A stretch of 64,000 nt of DNA from Vitrella brassicaformis CCMP3155. Lineage: Eukaryota > Protista > Chromerida. Shown here piece by piece: positions 1 to 13,595 of this stretch; within the stretch, counting starts at the first letter, position 1; every line of letters begins with the position of its first letter. A program made the translations under genes and the position numbers. The notes below the pieces were generated by a model. The model was not told where the DNA came from and searched no databases. It saw only the letters and a list, made by a program, of their open reading frames with translations. Location of the stretch: assembly GCA_001179505.1 (NCBI GenBank), contig CDMY01000244.1:86762-150761 (forward strand). The letters are read 5' to 3'.

Positions 1-105
1 TCGGGAAAGGGAGACGTCAGGCCGGACTCCCTGGCGTAACCTGGCCACCCATAGCCATGATCACACACAAGGAGACGAGACAATCAGTGATCGATCATCG
101 ATGCC

Positions 106-139
<34 letters not shown>

Positions 140-269
140 CGTGCGCTGTGGTGTGCTGCGTACCACGTGGCGTGGCAAACGCCTCGTTGTTGTCCTCCAT
201 CTCCAAGTTGGGGGTCTTGGTGTCCACGGCCGGAGCAGGAACATTATCAACAGCGTAGCCGAGCGGCAT
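1..269 (-). CDS. 5' part of an unidentified gene running off the left edge (exon 1 MPLGYAVDNVPAPAVDTKTPNLEMEDNNEAFATPR, then a microsatellite intron)
   Basis: ATG at 269 on the minus strand with plausible coding sequence. It ends at a GTACGC donor near 162, followed by a (GACA)n-rich intron. The gene is divergent from the NPC1-like gene. Confidence 0.4.
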
Positions 270-913
270 GGTTTCAGCGGGAGAGTAATGGGCAGATGTG
301 GTGGGCTCGTATATATCGACAAGACGGGACGAGGATGCGATAGCTGCGATAAAGGGGTGGCAGGTTGAATGCCGACACAGTTAGACAAGCAGACGAGACG
401 ACAAGACACAGACACGCAGGCAGGCAGTGAGGGGCAGGGCCTTTCCTATACAGATGCCGCTGGGCACAGCAGATCAGATCTCCTCGCACGGATAGATCTC
501 GGACAGAGAGCAGTCAAGCGCAAGCACACAGTTGCCAGTCAGATTGCAGCAACCCCACCAAAGACACACAGAGAGAGAAAAAACGAATGGACAGTTGGGG
601 AGAGCTCTCTCTCTAGCTCGCAGACAGAGCGATCCGAGTTGCGAGCGGTCTCTCTCCGAGCTCTCCCCGGGTGTCTTGCCTCCTGCCACGCCCACCACCC
701 TAGCAGCTGCTGTTGATACTTTCCCCGAGGCAGTTTAATCATCCGGCTTCCCTTCAAGGCGACAGAATATCGTCAGTGACTGCGGCCATCCCATCATCGC
801 ATCGCAACGGCGTGGCTGGCGTGACTGACAGCACCTCTTGTCGCAAGCTGACCACCTCGTCGCAAGATCTTGTCCCTGCTTGCCTGCCTCATCCGCCATT
901 ACTGTCAGTCCCG

Positions 914-3900
914 ATGTTCGCGACGTGGAAGGGTCGTTTTGTGGGGCGCATCGAGAGGTTCTTTTACAACTACACGTGCTTCGTCTACCGGCACCCATGG
1001 AAGTTCATCTGGGTGACTCTGCTGCTGTCGCTGTCTGTGGGGACCCTCACCTTCTTCCGTCAGAAGGAATTCGACACCGAGATCAACTTTGCTATGCCAG
1101 ACAGCAAGGCGGTCAAAGCAAGGTGAGCCAATCAACCCTCCGACGGTTCATGGCATCCGTCAGACATGCTTGCTTGCTTGTTTCTGATGGTTGGTTGTGT
1201 GACGTGACAGGGAGTTGTACGAGAAGCATTTTGGTCAGTGGCCCCGGGATGCGGCCGTCGTGGCGTCGGCGGTGGATCCTGATGACAACCTGCTGACCAA
1301 GGAGCACCTGGATGAGCTCAGGGCGCTCACAGACGACATTGCCAATGTCACAGTGAAAGTGGACGGCAGGAGCTGGAGATTCGAGGATATTTGTGCCCGA
1401 GATGGGACGGGCGAATGCGACATGGCCACTGTACGCACACACAGCTGATGCTGTGCCACGCACAGGCCAGACAGCGATAGGCTGGCACCCTCACACACTG
1501 CTCTGCTGGTGTGGTTTGTGTGGGCGTCGATTGGTCAGGTGTTCATGGTGTATGGTGAGGACAGCGAGGACCGGTACGGCACCCCTCTCAACTACCCCAG
1601 ACACCCCTCCATCCGCCACGGCGGCCTGTTCCCCTGGCCTGTCGCCTTCCTGATGGGCAACATCACTGTCGAGGACGTCAACGGTCGGCAGAAGGCCACC
1701 CGCGCCAGCTCATTCATCTTCCGCTGGGCAGTGACCCCTGATGCTGCACCAAAAGCCGCTATTCTCCAGTGGGAGAAGGCCTTCCTGCACAAGGTCATGG
1801 ACTGGACCCCAGAGTTCCGCGACAAGCATGGTATTGAGCTCCTTCGCTACGCACGGAGGACACCAGGTACGTAAGGATGGGTGGATTTGATGCGACACAG
1901 ACGTGACGAAGGTGATTTCTTCCTTTCTTTCTTTCTTTCTTTCTTTCTGTGTGTGTGTGTGTGTGAATGTGCAGAGGATGAGCTTGCCAACAGTTTCTAT
2001 CCGCTGATGGAGTTTCTCATCCGCATGGGGTGCTGTGGTCTGGTGGTGGGCATCTACTGTGTTGTGGCCAATCTGTCGGGATTCGGCAACGGACACAAAT
2101 CTAAGTAAGTCAGTGACACGGTCGGACGGTGTGTGCAGCTAGCTCACCTTGTCCGTCCGTCCGTATAACTAACTGTTCATCTCTCTCTCATCCATCGTCT
2201 GTGTTCAGGTTGGTCCCCGCCATCATGGGCCTGGTGAGTGCGGTCCTGGGATCCTTTCTGGGCTTCGGTATCGTGTACAGTGCCGGGTTCAAGCATGTGG
2301 TGACGATGGAGGTGACCCCATACCTGTGCATGGGCATCGGCGTCAACGACCTCCTCGTCATCCTCAATGCATACGCACCCGCTTCCCAAATCGAGGCAGA
2401 CCCCATGAAGAAGTGCGCACGGACCATGAAAGACTCAGGTACGGGGGGGTGGACCCACTCGCACGCACACACACGGCACCACGTTTGCCCATACACATCG
2501 GCGGCCACTCATTGGTGTGCGCGCCGTGCTGTGCTGTGCTGTTGCTGTGTGTACGTGCAGGTTTGGCTATCACGATCACCACCCTGGCCAACGTCATCGC
2601 CTTCGGCATTGGTGCGTCTACTGGGTATACGGCTGTGGTCAATTTCTGCGTCCTCACTGCCGTGGCCCTCGGCTTCGTGTACATCTATGCCCTGACGTTC
2701 TTCCTCCCCTTCCTCTGCCTCGACGCCCGCCGCGAGGCCTGCAGCCCCCCCTCATACTTGAAAGGCTACTTTGGGGTGGGGCGTGGTGGCACTGCCAAGG
2801 GCGACGCCACCCCCTCGACCAACATCATGAGCGGCGACAGCAGCAAGCCCGAGGTGTCCCCTCCCGCCTCCACACAGGCCTTCTCGCCGCAACCCGAGGG
2901 CGACCGAGACATCGCCTTCCCCACCATCGAGACCATTGACCTTGGCCCAAGCGGAGACTATGACGTGGAAGAGGCCGGCAAGACGACCACGCTGACGCCA
3001 ATCAGAGAGGAAGAGGAGGCATCCGATGCCGCCGAGGCCGTCACTGAAATCAGTGCCGTGGCCAGTGGCGTCCACGAGCTGGTGGCCCTGCAGGTGCTGC
3101 AGCAGGAGGACCGCATCCAGCAGAAGCTGCGGCAGAGGCGGCAGAGGCGGCAACCGGCAGCCGGCAGTGCAGCGACACACGAGGCCAATCATGCTCCCGA
3201 TGTGGAAGCGCAGGCGCCCCGCCAAGAGAGCGAGGCAGACTCCAAGACTGCCGGTCCCCCCTGCAGCGGGTTCTTCTCTGTCCAGCTGGCCAAGCCCGCC
3301 GATAGCAGCCCCGTATCTGTGGACGTGGAGGAGCCCAGGGGCCTTCACGGCAAGTGGATGCGGCTCTACTTCAGACGCTTTTGGGGCAGGTGGCTCACCA
3401 TCCCAGCCGTCAAGGTACGTGAGAGAGAAGAGAGCGAAACCAACCTGCCGCACAGCCAGCCGGCGTTTGTACGTATTGTGTGTTTAGGTGTTTGTGGTGG
3501 CGCTGTGGTTGACCTACGTGGGTTTGTGTGGGTTCTCGGCCTCCAAGTTGCGTGTGGAGTTTGAGGTATCGAACACGGCGCCGTACGGCTCTTACTTCAT
3601 CGACTTCCTCGGCGGTGTCGACGAGGCCTTCGGAGGGTTCAACCTTCCTGGGGTGTTGCTGTACTCGGAGAAGCAGCATTGGTGGACCAAGGCCACTCGG
3701 GAGGCCTTCATGGAGTTCGAGGACGAGCTGACGCGGGTGGAGGGCGTCCACCCTGAAACACAAAGCGGCCTCTATAGATTCTACGAGTTCTACAGTCGCA
3801 CCCCAGAGCTCCTGCAGGAGCTCAACGAAATGGAGAATGACCCCAAGGCATTCTCTGACAAGTAAGTGAGACAGATACACAGGCAACAGCAAATTTCTCC

Positions 3901-5012
3901 TACTTCATCTGATGTCACCGAGTGTGTGTGTGTGTGTGTGTATGCGGTTTGTCTGTTCTGTTCAGGTTGCGTCAGTGGATGAACAGGACCATGATCACCA
4001 GCACGCCCTTCAAGCTCTTCAAAACCGACTTCAACTTCAACGATGACGGTACGCGCACAAGCTAACGTGGCAGCCTCCCTCCCAGCCGAGCCGAGCCAGC
4101 ACCTTGATGATGCGTCTTTTGTGTGTGTGTGTGTGTAGGTGAGTTGGAGGCCTACAAGACCAAGTTCTTCATGCGGGCGTACAGCGACCCGCCCCTGGGA
4201 GGCGCACCCCTCATGCAGCGCATCCGCGATAAGTGCGACAGAGTGAAGAGGGACCACGGCATCACGGTGGCCACCTTCACCGACGCCTTCGTCTACTACG
4301 AGAGCGACCTGATCCTGGTCCCACAGACCCTCGTGCAGCTGTCCGCCGCCCTCGTGGGCGTCCTCCTCGTCTCCATCTTCCTCCTCCACGGCGCCATCAC
4401 ATGCGCCCTGGTGCTGGTCATGCTGATCAGCATCGACCTGGGCGTGTTCGGCTTCATGACTGTGTTCGACCTGCCGCTGAATCTCATCACCTCCATCAAC
4501 CTCGTCGTCTCCATCGGTTAGTGTAGTGAGTGTGTGTGATCACGCCACCGTGCCATACGGCACACGAAGCGACGGCGTGTCTGTACTGTATGTATGGCGG
4601 CCTGCCGGTTGTCTGTCTCGTGTGTGCAGGGTTCTCTGTGGACTTCACCACCCACATCTGCCACGCCTACACGCTGGCAGTGGGGCGCACACCAAACCAC
4701 CGTATGGTGGAGACGATGGCGCTGATGGGTGCCCCCGTGTTCAGCGGCGGCATGTCCACCTTTCTCGCCTTGACGCCCTTCCTCATCGTTCAACGCTCAT
4801 ACTCATACGACTCGTGGTGCCTCATGATGATACTGGTCGTGGCCTGCGGCGTCCTCCATGCGCTGGTCTTCCTGCCGGTCATCCTCTCCCTCCTCCCCAT
4901 CAGCAAGGCCAGGAACCGCACCAATAGCCAGCCCAATCAGGCCCCGACTGAGGCGCGGGGGCAGGCTGCCAAGGGTCAAGACAACAAGGGCGCTGTGTCA
5001 CTGCCGGCGTAA
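914..5012 (+). CDS. Patched/NPC1-family (RND) sterol-sensing-domain membrane protein, NCR1/PTCHD3-like; multi-exon
   Basis: Spliced exons give an N-terminal TM (KFIWVTLLLSLSVG) and an SSD (TPYLCMGIGVNDLLVIL...TMKDSGLAITITTLANVIAFGIGA). A second TM bundle follows (NLVVSIGFSVDFTTHICHAY; MGAPVFSGGMSTFLAL), with stop TAA at 5010-5012. Confidence 0.9.
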
Positions 5013-7441
5013 TTGATCATTGGACTGGTGTGTGTGTGTGTGATACCTCGTGATGCGTGTCCTGTTCTTGTGCATAACCGTGGGTGACTTGTTTTGGCTG
5101 GGCTGTTTGCACGCTTGCAAACAGACATGCACGGCTGGCTGGTTTATTGGGGGGTGCGTGGGTTGCCCGGCGGTGCGGTGCGGTGCTGTGCGGTGCGGTG
5201 CGAAAATCTCTTCGACTGCTGGTCACTCAGATGTTTGTGTGACCACTGGGGCGGCCGTGGGCGTGGCGTGCATGTGTGCGTGTGGGGTGATTGGTGCCCA
5301 GGCTGCTCTTTCCCTTTTTCAACGACCCACCCCCCACCCACCCACGAGTTGGACTGGGAGGGAGGGAGGGAGGGAGGAAGTCTTTTTGGTGGGTCTTTTG
5401 TGGCTGTGCCGTGCCGTGCCGTGCCGTCCGTTGGTTAGTTAACCTGGTATGTACCAACCAACCAGTAGAGGGACGGATGGGATGGACCAGCGTTGGTTGT
5501 TTTTTACTCTTGAAGGATCGTTTCTACGTACATGATACACTGACATGATACACACCCGTACGTACGTTACAGTATGTACAGTCGCGTACACGTGAGTGAG
5601 TGTGGTTTGGTTGTGTGAATGAATGAATGATGGATGTACTCGATTTTGTCAAGTCCCTCCCTACTGACTGTACAGAGGAGTAGTCTCGTGGAACTTGTGT
5701 ATCGAGCTATCGAGCTATCTCTCCCTCCTCCTACTTTCCCTTCCCCTCCCTGTCTCTTGCCTGCATGCTTGCGTGTCAGCTCAGCTGGGTAGGTAGGTAG
5801 GTAGATGGATGAGCTGTGTGGCGTCTCTTGTGTTTGGACCGACGGACGGACGGATGAATGGATGGATTACGTGCAGTACATGCGCGGAAGGGACGACGAT
5901 CAAATGAATCCTTTTTCTATGCGTATCGGCGCACATCAATCCAATCTGCCCAAACATACTTTTCTTCATGCTTCACGCAGGCACCGTTGAGAAAGCTGGC
6001 TCATGTCTCGGACGTTCACCCATTCGGTCATCGACACACACACACACACACACGCACACACACATGATAAACGTCAATTCCGCCGCACATCCCTCCCCTC
6101 GTCCGCCCGCCCACAAGAGTGCCTCTGCTCAGCGCCTTTGTAGGTCGGCAGAGCTAAAACATGAGCCTGCCTCCTCTGTCTACTGCAGATCCGTCTGTTT
6201 CGATCACAATCGTATGGAAGAGAAAAGGAAAGTAAGTAGCGGTGTTGTGTTGCTTACACTACTACAGACACGTCAATATGTCAAAACAGCTTCGTGTTTT
6301 GTAGGTGCCCTGTTGGCTACACACAGTATTGATTGATTGAGTGGAGCTGTCTCCCATGCATAGATGTCCGTCCACTTTGCTTTGTCGTCAGTCACATAAT
6401 GGGTATCAATCATATCATCCACGCGTACAGCCAGACAGGTACGCGTAGCTCTGCGCGCGTATATGGTGGAAGACAGACAGACAGCCCTATTCGCTTTGTC
6501 GTCATATATCAGTGTATATCTGATCTGATCTGCTGTATGTGTGTTTGTCTATGCAGTGGACTGCAGTGCACAACTAACTTGTATGTATGTCTGTGGGAAA
6601 GAGGGAGGGGGGGGAGGCAGGCAGGCAGGCAGGCGTGCATGGATGCGAGGCGATGGGCCAGGCAGGTAGGCAGGACAGGATAGGATAGGATGCACAGCAC
6701 ACAAAGCCGAAAAACGAATCGATCCCTCGGTTGTCACCCGCATCGTATGCAGGTATGCATGTACATGCATGTATATGTATATATGTATGTGTGTGTATAT
6801 GTATGTGTGTGTATGTCCCCATGTAGCCTTAGTCATCATCGTCTGTCTGTCTGTCTGTCTGTAGGAAGGAACGCAGAAACAATTAAATTAACAGAAATCT
6901 TGGCGCCACCGGTCCGTCCGTCCATCAGAGAGAGATGAAGGTGTTGTGGTGCGCACGGAAAAACAAGGATCAGTCGCACAGCACAGCATGACCCAGCCAT
7001 GCACCGACCAACCAGTCCACCAACCAACCAGCCAGCCACAGCTGGTAAGGTATGTAGGCGTGTAAGTATATATCTATGTATGTATGTGTATGTGAATCAG
7101 TGTGTATGTGAATCAGTATCATCTGATCTGCTGCAGACGCGGCGCGCGCGCGTCGACGTCGCCGTATAGACGAGTAAAGTAATATCACATGCAATCCTTG
7201 AACTCATGGAATGAATCATCGACTGATGGGCACTCTATCTCTCAGGCGCGGTGGGACACGTCATGACGACAGGCGAGTGGTCTACTGTCACCCGTCGTCG
7301 AATTACGTGTTCTTCCAGTAGCGCGCGCCACATCGAATATAACACAACAGCAGCCTCCAGCCTCCTCACTACCGACAGACACCAAAAACGCAAAACCTAC
7401 CTGACGTTTGTGTGTGTATGCCTCTCGCAAGACAGACAGAA

Positions 7442-7472
<31 letters not shown>

Positions 7473-8762
7473 AAGTAAGGATGACATCAGGTGCACCCAT
7501 AAACCACCATAGTTTGGTGATGGACATAACACAAGAGCCAACAGAAACACATGTATGTATGCAATGTGCCCACGCCCCACTCACCCGGCCCTCCCTCCCT
7601 CCCTCCCTCCCTCCCTTCGGCCCACTTGCCCCGACCCGACCCCACCCACTCCCTCACTCACCGACGGCATGGCATGCACACGTACACAAAAATACTTGTA
7701 CAGAGGCAGGCAGTCATCAGGTGAGTGTGTGAGTGTGTGAGTCAGTCAGGGCACAGCGCGATGATCTCTCTTTCCACTCATACAGTCAATACATTCAGTT
7801 GATCCAATCCGTCACCAACCAGCAGAGAGTCAGGTAGGTATATACACTCTATAAAATCAGCGACCCAAAGAGATGCAGTCACCGCTCAGCTAGCCGTACA
7901 CACACACACACCAACACACACATATACACCCCCCACACCCCCACCTCCGGCCCTCTGTGTACACACCGACATATGTAGATCAGATCAGTCATGGATTCAT
8001 CGCACTCACCCACTCACTCCCTCAGTCATCGAACAACCAACGACCCGGAAGGTGCGAGGACAGACAGACAGACAGACAGGCAAGTAAGCAGCAGGCAGCA
8101 GACGTTTCAAGGCATGAATTCATTCAAGGCATGAAGGCTGGCTGGTACACACACACATACATACACACATAGGTAGGTAGGCCGGTACTTTCAGGGACAC
8201 AAAAAGGGTATGAAGGCGCACACGGACGGTACACACTATACACCTTAGTCATTCCTGTGGCCTTCAAAACTTACACACTCACACCCAGCGACAGAACTGG
8301 CCAGCCAGCGAGCACAGTCGTCCGAGCAATCAATAAGTAGGGGAGGGGAGGAGGCAGGGAAGGAGAGGAGAGAGGACACAAGAGGCAGGCAGTCTGGCAG
8401 GCAGGCAGGCAGGCAGGCAGAAAAAGGGGAAGGGATGCCGGGATTCGTCTATCCTCACTCCATCCATCTGACTGATATCCACGCGCAGGACCGTGTGGCT
8501 GTCTGTCTGGCTGTCTGTCGCATCGCTCATCCACCCACCCATCCATCCATATCCCATCCACCCGCGGGAGGGGCCCGACCCACTAGATGGACAGGCCGTC
8601 CGCGTCCGTCAATCGGCCGACCGACTATGTATCTATGTACGGTACGTAGTCCATCGACCGATCGACCGACCAACTCACCCATCCACCCAGCAGGCCACAG
8701 GCCCCCTCTCCCCCACCTAGTCAAGCGTGTGCGATGGTGTCGGTCGTCTTGGCTTGATCCAG

Positions 8763-10333
8763 TCAGTTGGCCATGCCCGCCGACACGCGCAGGCCAAGCC
8801 GTGCCCTGGCCAGTCCATGCAGGTGGCGGAGTCCCCTGCTGATGGGCGAAGCTGAGGGTGAGGAGGGCGGTGACTCGCCCCCTGCGGCGCCGTCCGCCCC
8901 TGTGACCATCTTGTCTTCGCTCTTGCCCTTGCCCTTGCCCTTGTCACCGACCAGGAGGGACCTCAAGGCCCTCCCGAATTCAGCGACGAGCACCTCGCTC
9001 TTCTTCTGCATGTTCTGATCAATGGGCGGATGGACAGACAGACAGGCACACACACACACATGTCGGTCGGATGTCAGTCACGTCTCTGTCTGTGTCTGTC
9101 TGTGTCTGTCTGTGTCTGTCTGTCTGTCGCTCACCGGAACATAGTTCTTGACGTAGAACTGTCCGAAGAGGAGTGCGTACGAGAAGTACATGAGGAGGGC
9201 ACACAGGGCGTTGTTGTAGTGGACCGGGTCGCCCGTCGCCTCAGGACGCAGCATGGCCGATACCGTGATGCCCACACCAACAAACATCTGCACGACAGTG
9301 ATACAGCACAGGCGACTTTCCATAAGCCTTGCTCTTTCCGTGCCTTCCTTCCTCGTGTGTCTCCCTCACCTGGCTGAGCTGGGCGGAAGTGATGAAGGGT
9401 CGCAGCTTCTTCAAAACCCTGATAGATCGATACGTACGGCAGGCAGACAGGTCAGTCAGGTGTGCTCACGTGGGTAGGTGGGCTCGGTGACTGACTCACC
9501 TGTTTTTGGCGAAGAGTGCGGTGAGGGCGTAGTAGAGGTACATGACGCCGTGGACGCAGAGGTTGATGAAGGCGAACTGGTGGGCGAAGGCGACACCCAG
9601 GTGAACTGCGCTCCAGCAATACAGGGCCTGAATGAAGCAAGGGAGGGAGGGAGGGAGGACAACACACACACGCACGCACACACACACACACACATCCGTA
9701 TGACAACAGAGAGCCTCTCCCTGTGTGTGTGTGTCAAATGTGTGCGTCCATACCACGGTGACGTGGTGGTACGCGTGCAGGAAAGTGATGGGTCGCTTCC
9801 TGAGTGCCAGCAGCACCGTGTCGCCGAACTCAATGAGCTTGCTCACCGCGAACCACACACAAATCGCACGAGTGGTGGGCTGAAGTCAACGCACCCGAAG
9901 ACAAAGCAGTTGGACACAGATCCCATTGTCCTCCCCGTCGGTGCTGTCGGCTCACCTTGTAGTCCTTTTCGTGCTTGGCTGCCGTGAAGACCAGCTGCCA
10001 GTCGTCCAGAAGCTGTGTGTGGAGACGCACACAGAACAGACAGAGAGGCCATGCAGAGCCCCGCCTGCTATGTCTGTGTCCCACCCACGTGTGTGTCTTA
10101 CTTACCACGAGGGCAACGCCGAGGATGGAGAAGAATGAGAGGGCGAGGTTCCATGCGCAGATGAACGGCTTGATGGGCAGCGGCTCCCGATTCCGCATCC
10201 AGTGCCGCAGCGAGAATATGACCGGCAGATAGAGAGCGATGCACCCCAGCCACGGCAATCGAAAGTACTCCTCAGTGCGAAACCCGCTGCCTTGCGTCCA
10301 GTAGTCATCGCTGAATGGCGAGTAGGGGGCCAT
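8763..10333 (-). CDS. ELO: Fatty acid elongase (ELO/GNS1/SUR4 family)
   Basis: Motifs WNLALSFFSILG, FAVSKLIEFGDTVLLALRKRPITFLHAYHH (HxxHH box), NLCVHGVMYLYYA, ITVVQMFVG and MYFSYALLFGQFY lie across canonical introns. Confidence 0.93.
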
Positions 10334-10601
10334 CTTGCTTGCTTTCTTCTCGAGGGAGAGGGAGGGACTCGAGGGAGGGAGAAGCACGGCCGCTGAAACT
10401 GAAGGGAGGCGAGGAAAGATATCTATCAAAGCAATCAAAAAGATGTCAGCACAAGGACAAGTAGGAAGATGCAAAAGAGCAAAAGCCAGCCTGTGTGTGA
10501 CAGACCTGATTGTGTAGAGACGAGACCGCTCGCTCCGATCTAACGCATCTCCCCCCTGCGAACTCGGAGAGATCGGAGACCGAATGCGAGCTTGCTCTCT
10601 C

Positions 10602-10660
10602 AAACCCTACGGGGTTAGGGATGAGAATCAGGGTTCAGAGTTCAGGGTTCGGCACCCTAA
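10602..10660. repeat. Degenerate telomere-like tract (AAACCCTA, GGGTTAGGG, CAGGGTT) upstream of the elongase
   Basis: Read directly: caaaccctac ggggttaggg ... cagggttc ... cagggttc. Confidence 0.6.
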
Positions 10661-10684
10661 TCCCATGAGCCGGTCCACCCACGC

Positions 10685-10741
10685 GGCACGGTGTGAATCG
10701 CGTCAGCCATACTTAGCTTAAAAGCCACAGACATGCTCGAA
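10685..10741 (+). repeat. Dispersed repeat of about 55 bp, copy 1
   Basis: ggcacggtgtgaatcgcgtcagccatacttagcttaaaagccacagacatgctcgaa is nearly identical to 13596-13649. Confidence 0.85.
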
Positions 10742-11248
10742 GCAGTAGGCGTACCATGCAGTCAACGAAAGTTCAATGTGTGGATGAGTGCCCATCAACC
10801 GTGTATATCGCTCAATTCATGAGCCGGTCAACCTCATCCACACATTCATTCATTCATTCAGGCACGTACACACCAAGAGAGTCTGTAAGCAAGTCTGTAT
10901 GGACACGGACATGCAAATGGATGTAGTCATTGCAGTGAGGCCAGGCAGAGGACCACTATCACATATGTACACACCGCCGCCAACCGGCCTGCCTGCCTGT
11001 CTGCCCGTCGCGACAGCCATCCATCCATCCATCCATTCATCGATCTGCCAACCTCAGTCAGACCCGCTCGCTCACTCAAAGGCCGCCCTTCGAAACGACA
11101 ACAAGGAAAGTGGCTGTCCGGCCGGATGCACTCACTCACTGCACTGCACTGCACAGCCGCAGCTAGCTGTCCCTCCCCTCCCTCCCTGTCCCCATCTCTG
11201 TCTATCTGTCTCTGTGTACGTGCAATCAGTTCTGAGTCGCTCGATCGG

Positions 11249-13362
11249 TCAGGTGCCCTTTGGCCGCCACACTTGACGTGTCCTCTGTCTGTGTCGGCCG
11301 GTGTGCCCCTTGCCCGCCCTCATCGGCCGTCTGTCGTCTGCATCTGCGCCCTGGTGTTGTCTGGGTCTGTCTGCCGGACGGGGCGGCGGTGTGTGCGTGG
11401 TTGTGTCGCTCGTGTGGCTGCCGGTGCTCCTCGGTGAGGCTTTCTCGTTGGGTGAGTGGCTGTGGGGCGACTCCGGTGCGGGCGATGACGGACAGCACTT
11501 GAGTGGTGTTGGGAGGGGGGCGGGGTGGGCTGGCGAGGGTGAGGCCATGGGCGTCTGTTTGGGGGCGGATGGCATGTCAGATGGAGCAACATTTGGTTGG
11601 GCGGCGGTGGGCTCTGAGGGGTCGGTGGGCGGCGACAGCCAGGGATGCTTCAGCGCAACATCGGCTGACAGAACACATCACATCAATTAATGAGCTCACT
11701 CAGCCACCGACCTGACCAGCGCGTGTAAGTGCGTTCGTTAAGTTACCTGAGGCGACACGGTCCCGTTTGTCGTACGCCAGGAGTCCTCTGATGAGGCTCT
11801 TGGCCTCCTCGGACACACCATCGCTGCGACGGAACTTGACGCCCTGCACACAACACAACACACAACACACACAACAGACGTACACACACAGACGTAGGGC
11901 TGGCTGGCTGGCTAGTTTGGTGGACTGACTGACCTGCCTCATCTGAGCGAGAGCCTCTTTGGCCCTCTTGCCGCGGCTGTCGATGCGGAACGGAAAGCGG
12001 CGGGTCAGCATGGCGTATCTGACCACACCACAACACACACAGAGAGTGACACAGACACCAATCAGCTCAGCTGGTCATCCAGCTGTCTGTCGCTCTATGG
12101 TGTGTTTAGGTGTGAGTGTTGTGGGCTCACATGACGACGCCCATGGCCCAGAGGTCGCTCGCTGGCGAGTAGTCCAAATCTGTCAGGCACTCCGGCGCCT
12201 GAAGGGTTAATGCAAGAAGGGAAGGCGCCCACCCACACCAACACTTAGTCAAGTGCAGTGAGTGAGTGAGTGAGTGAGGTGTGGTCAGACAGACAGACGT
12301 ACTAGGAACTCGGCCGTGCCGCAGAGGTATCTTGGCTTGCCCATCTGGCTCGTGAGTGCGTTGTCGAAGTCGATGAGCACCACCCGCCGGCCGGCCGTCA
12401 TGATGTTCCGTAGCGACACGTCGCCATGAGTTATCTGAAGGCATCCCACACACACACACGACACACACAGAGAGCGAGAGAGAGGGCATAGAGAGGGGCG
12501 GTAGCCACCACATGGTGCGTGTGGGTGGAGTGCAGTGCAGTGGAGTGCGTCCGTACCCCGGCGTTGTGCAGTTTCCTGAGCCCTCTGAGCGCCTCTGCGG
12601 TGATGTGTGTGGCCTCGTTCTCTCCGCCAATGGGCCGCTGGATGTCCTTGCCGTTGACCCACTCCATGAGCACATAGAACGACTGTGCGTCCTGGAAGAG
12701 GCCCGCGACGCTGCAGGTGGTCCTGCCCCACGGCACTGCCAAAATGGCGGCGTACTTGGCCTTGAGCTCCTCCTCGGTGAACAGAGAGCTGGCGTCGCTG
12801 CAGGCAAGGATGTGCGACACACACAGGTGCAAGGACCAGTCGGTGTGGCGTGTCGATGTGAGCCGCCCAATGAGTGACTAACTGACTGACTCACCGGTAG
12901 AAGTCCCTGGGGATGACTTTGACTGCACTGTAGCAGCCCTTGAAGACCGAACTCTCAACCTTGTATATGGACCCAATACTGTTTGATGACACACACACAC
13001 ACAGAGGTGTGGATGGCAATCGAACGTTGACTGTCTGTCTGGTCATTGTGTCGGTCGTCCTTGCTGACCCGCCGCAGTCCGCCGCCCTCGCCGCGCCGCC
13101 GTCCGTCCGATAGCCATTGAGCCGCAACATGTCTTTGAACGAAGCGTACGTCTGCATTCACACAATACACACACGACAAACACACAGACTGCCACTCAGT
13201 TGATGCACTCATTCCTCCCTTCTTGATGCACTCATTCCTGCCCTCACTGCAGTCAGTCTCACTGCAGGCGGGCTCACTCACCTTGAACGGCCGCACCAGT
13301 CTCAGCCGTCGCTCAATGCTGTCCTCTGCCGCCGCCCCCTGACCCATTTCTACCGATGCCAT
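11249..13362 (-). CDS. Ser/Thr protein kinase, atypical non-RD type
   Basis: Spliced motifs: GSIYKV, AVKVIP, HGDVSLRN, VLIDFDNA, YLCGTAEFLAPE, SDLWAMGVVMYAML, AKSLIRGLLAYDKRDR and ALKHPWL, followed by a Pro/Ser-rich tail. The start codon and last exon are less certain. Confidence 0.85.
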
Positions 13363-13516
13363 CGTCGACTCGACGAGGGATGAAAATTGGTGACGGTGGT
13401 AAGCCAAAGCGAATCTGTATCGCTCCAGCGGCTCTCTTGCAATAAACACGACAAACGAACCAACACAGAGAGAGGCTTTGGAGAGAAGGAAAGCCACAAC
13501 AACGATGAGAGCCAAA

Positions 13517-13586
13517 TCACCGTGGCAGAATTTAGGGTTTAGGGTTCACCGTGGCAGAATTTAGGGTTTAGGGTTTAGGGTTTTGG
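13517..13586. repeat. Interstitial telomeric (TTTAGGG)n inside a 29-bp tandem duplication
   Basis: tcaccgtggcagaatttagggtttagggt occurs twice (13517-13545 and 13546-13574), followed by a further ttagggtttt. Confidence 0.9.
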
Positions 13587-13595
13587 AACCCTGAT

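Noticed and set aside
5013-8762. Many 60-130 aa ORFs in a 3.7 kb spacer
   Set aside because: Dominated by simple repeats (THTH, CVCV, LPAC). I could not assemble a phase-consistent exon chain; probably UTRs or intergenic DNA.
13517-13586. Repeat-spacer-like pattern or true chromosome end
   Set aside because: Only two identical units and no unique spacers, so not CRISPR-like. Only five telomeric heptamers with genes on both sides, so interstitial rather than terminal.
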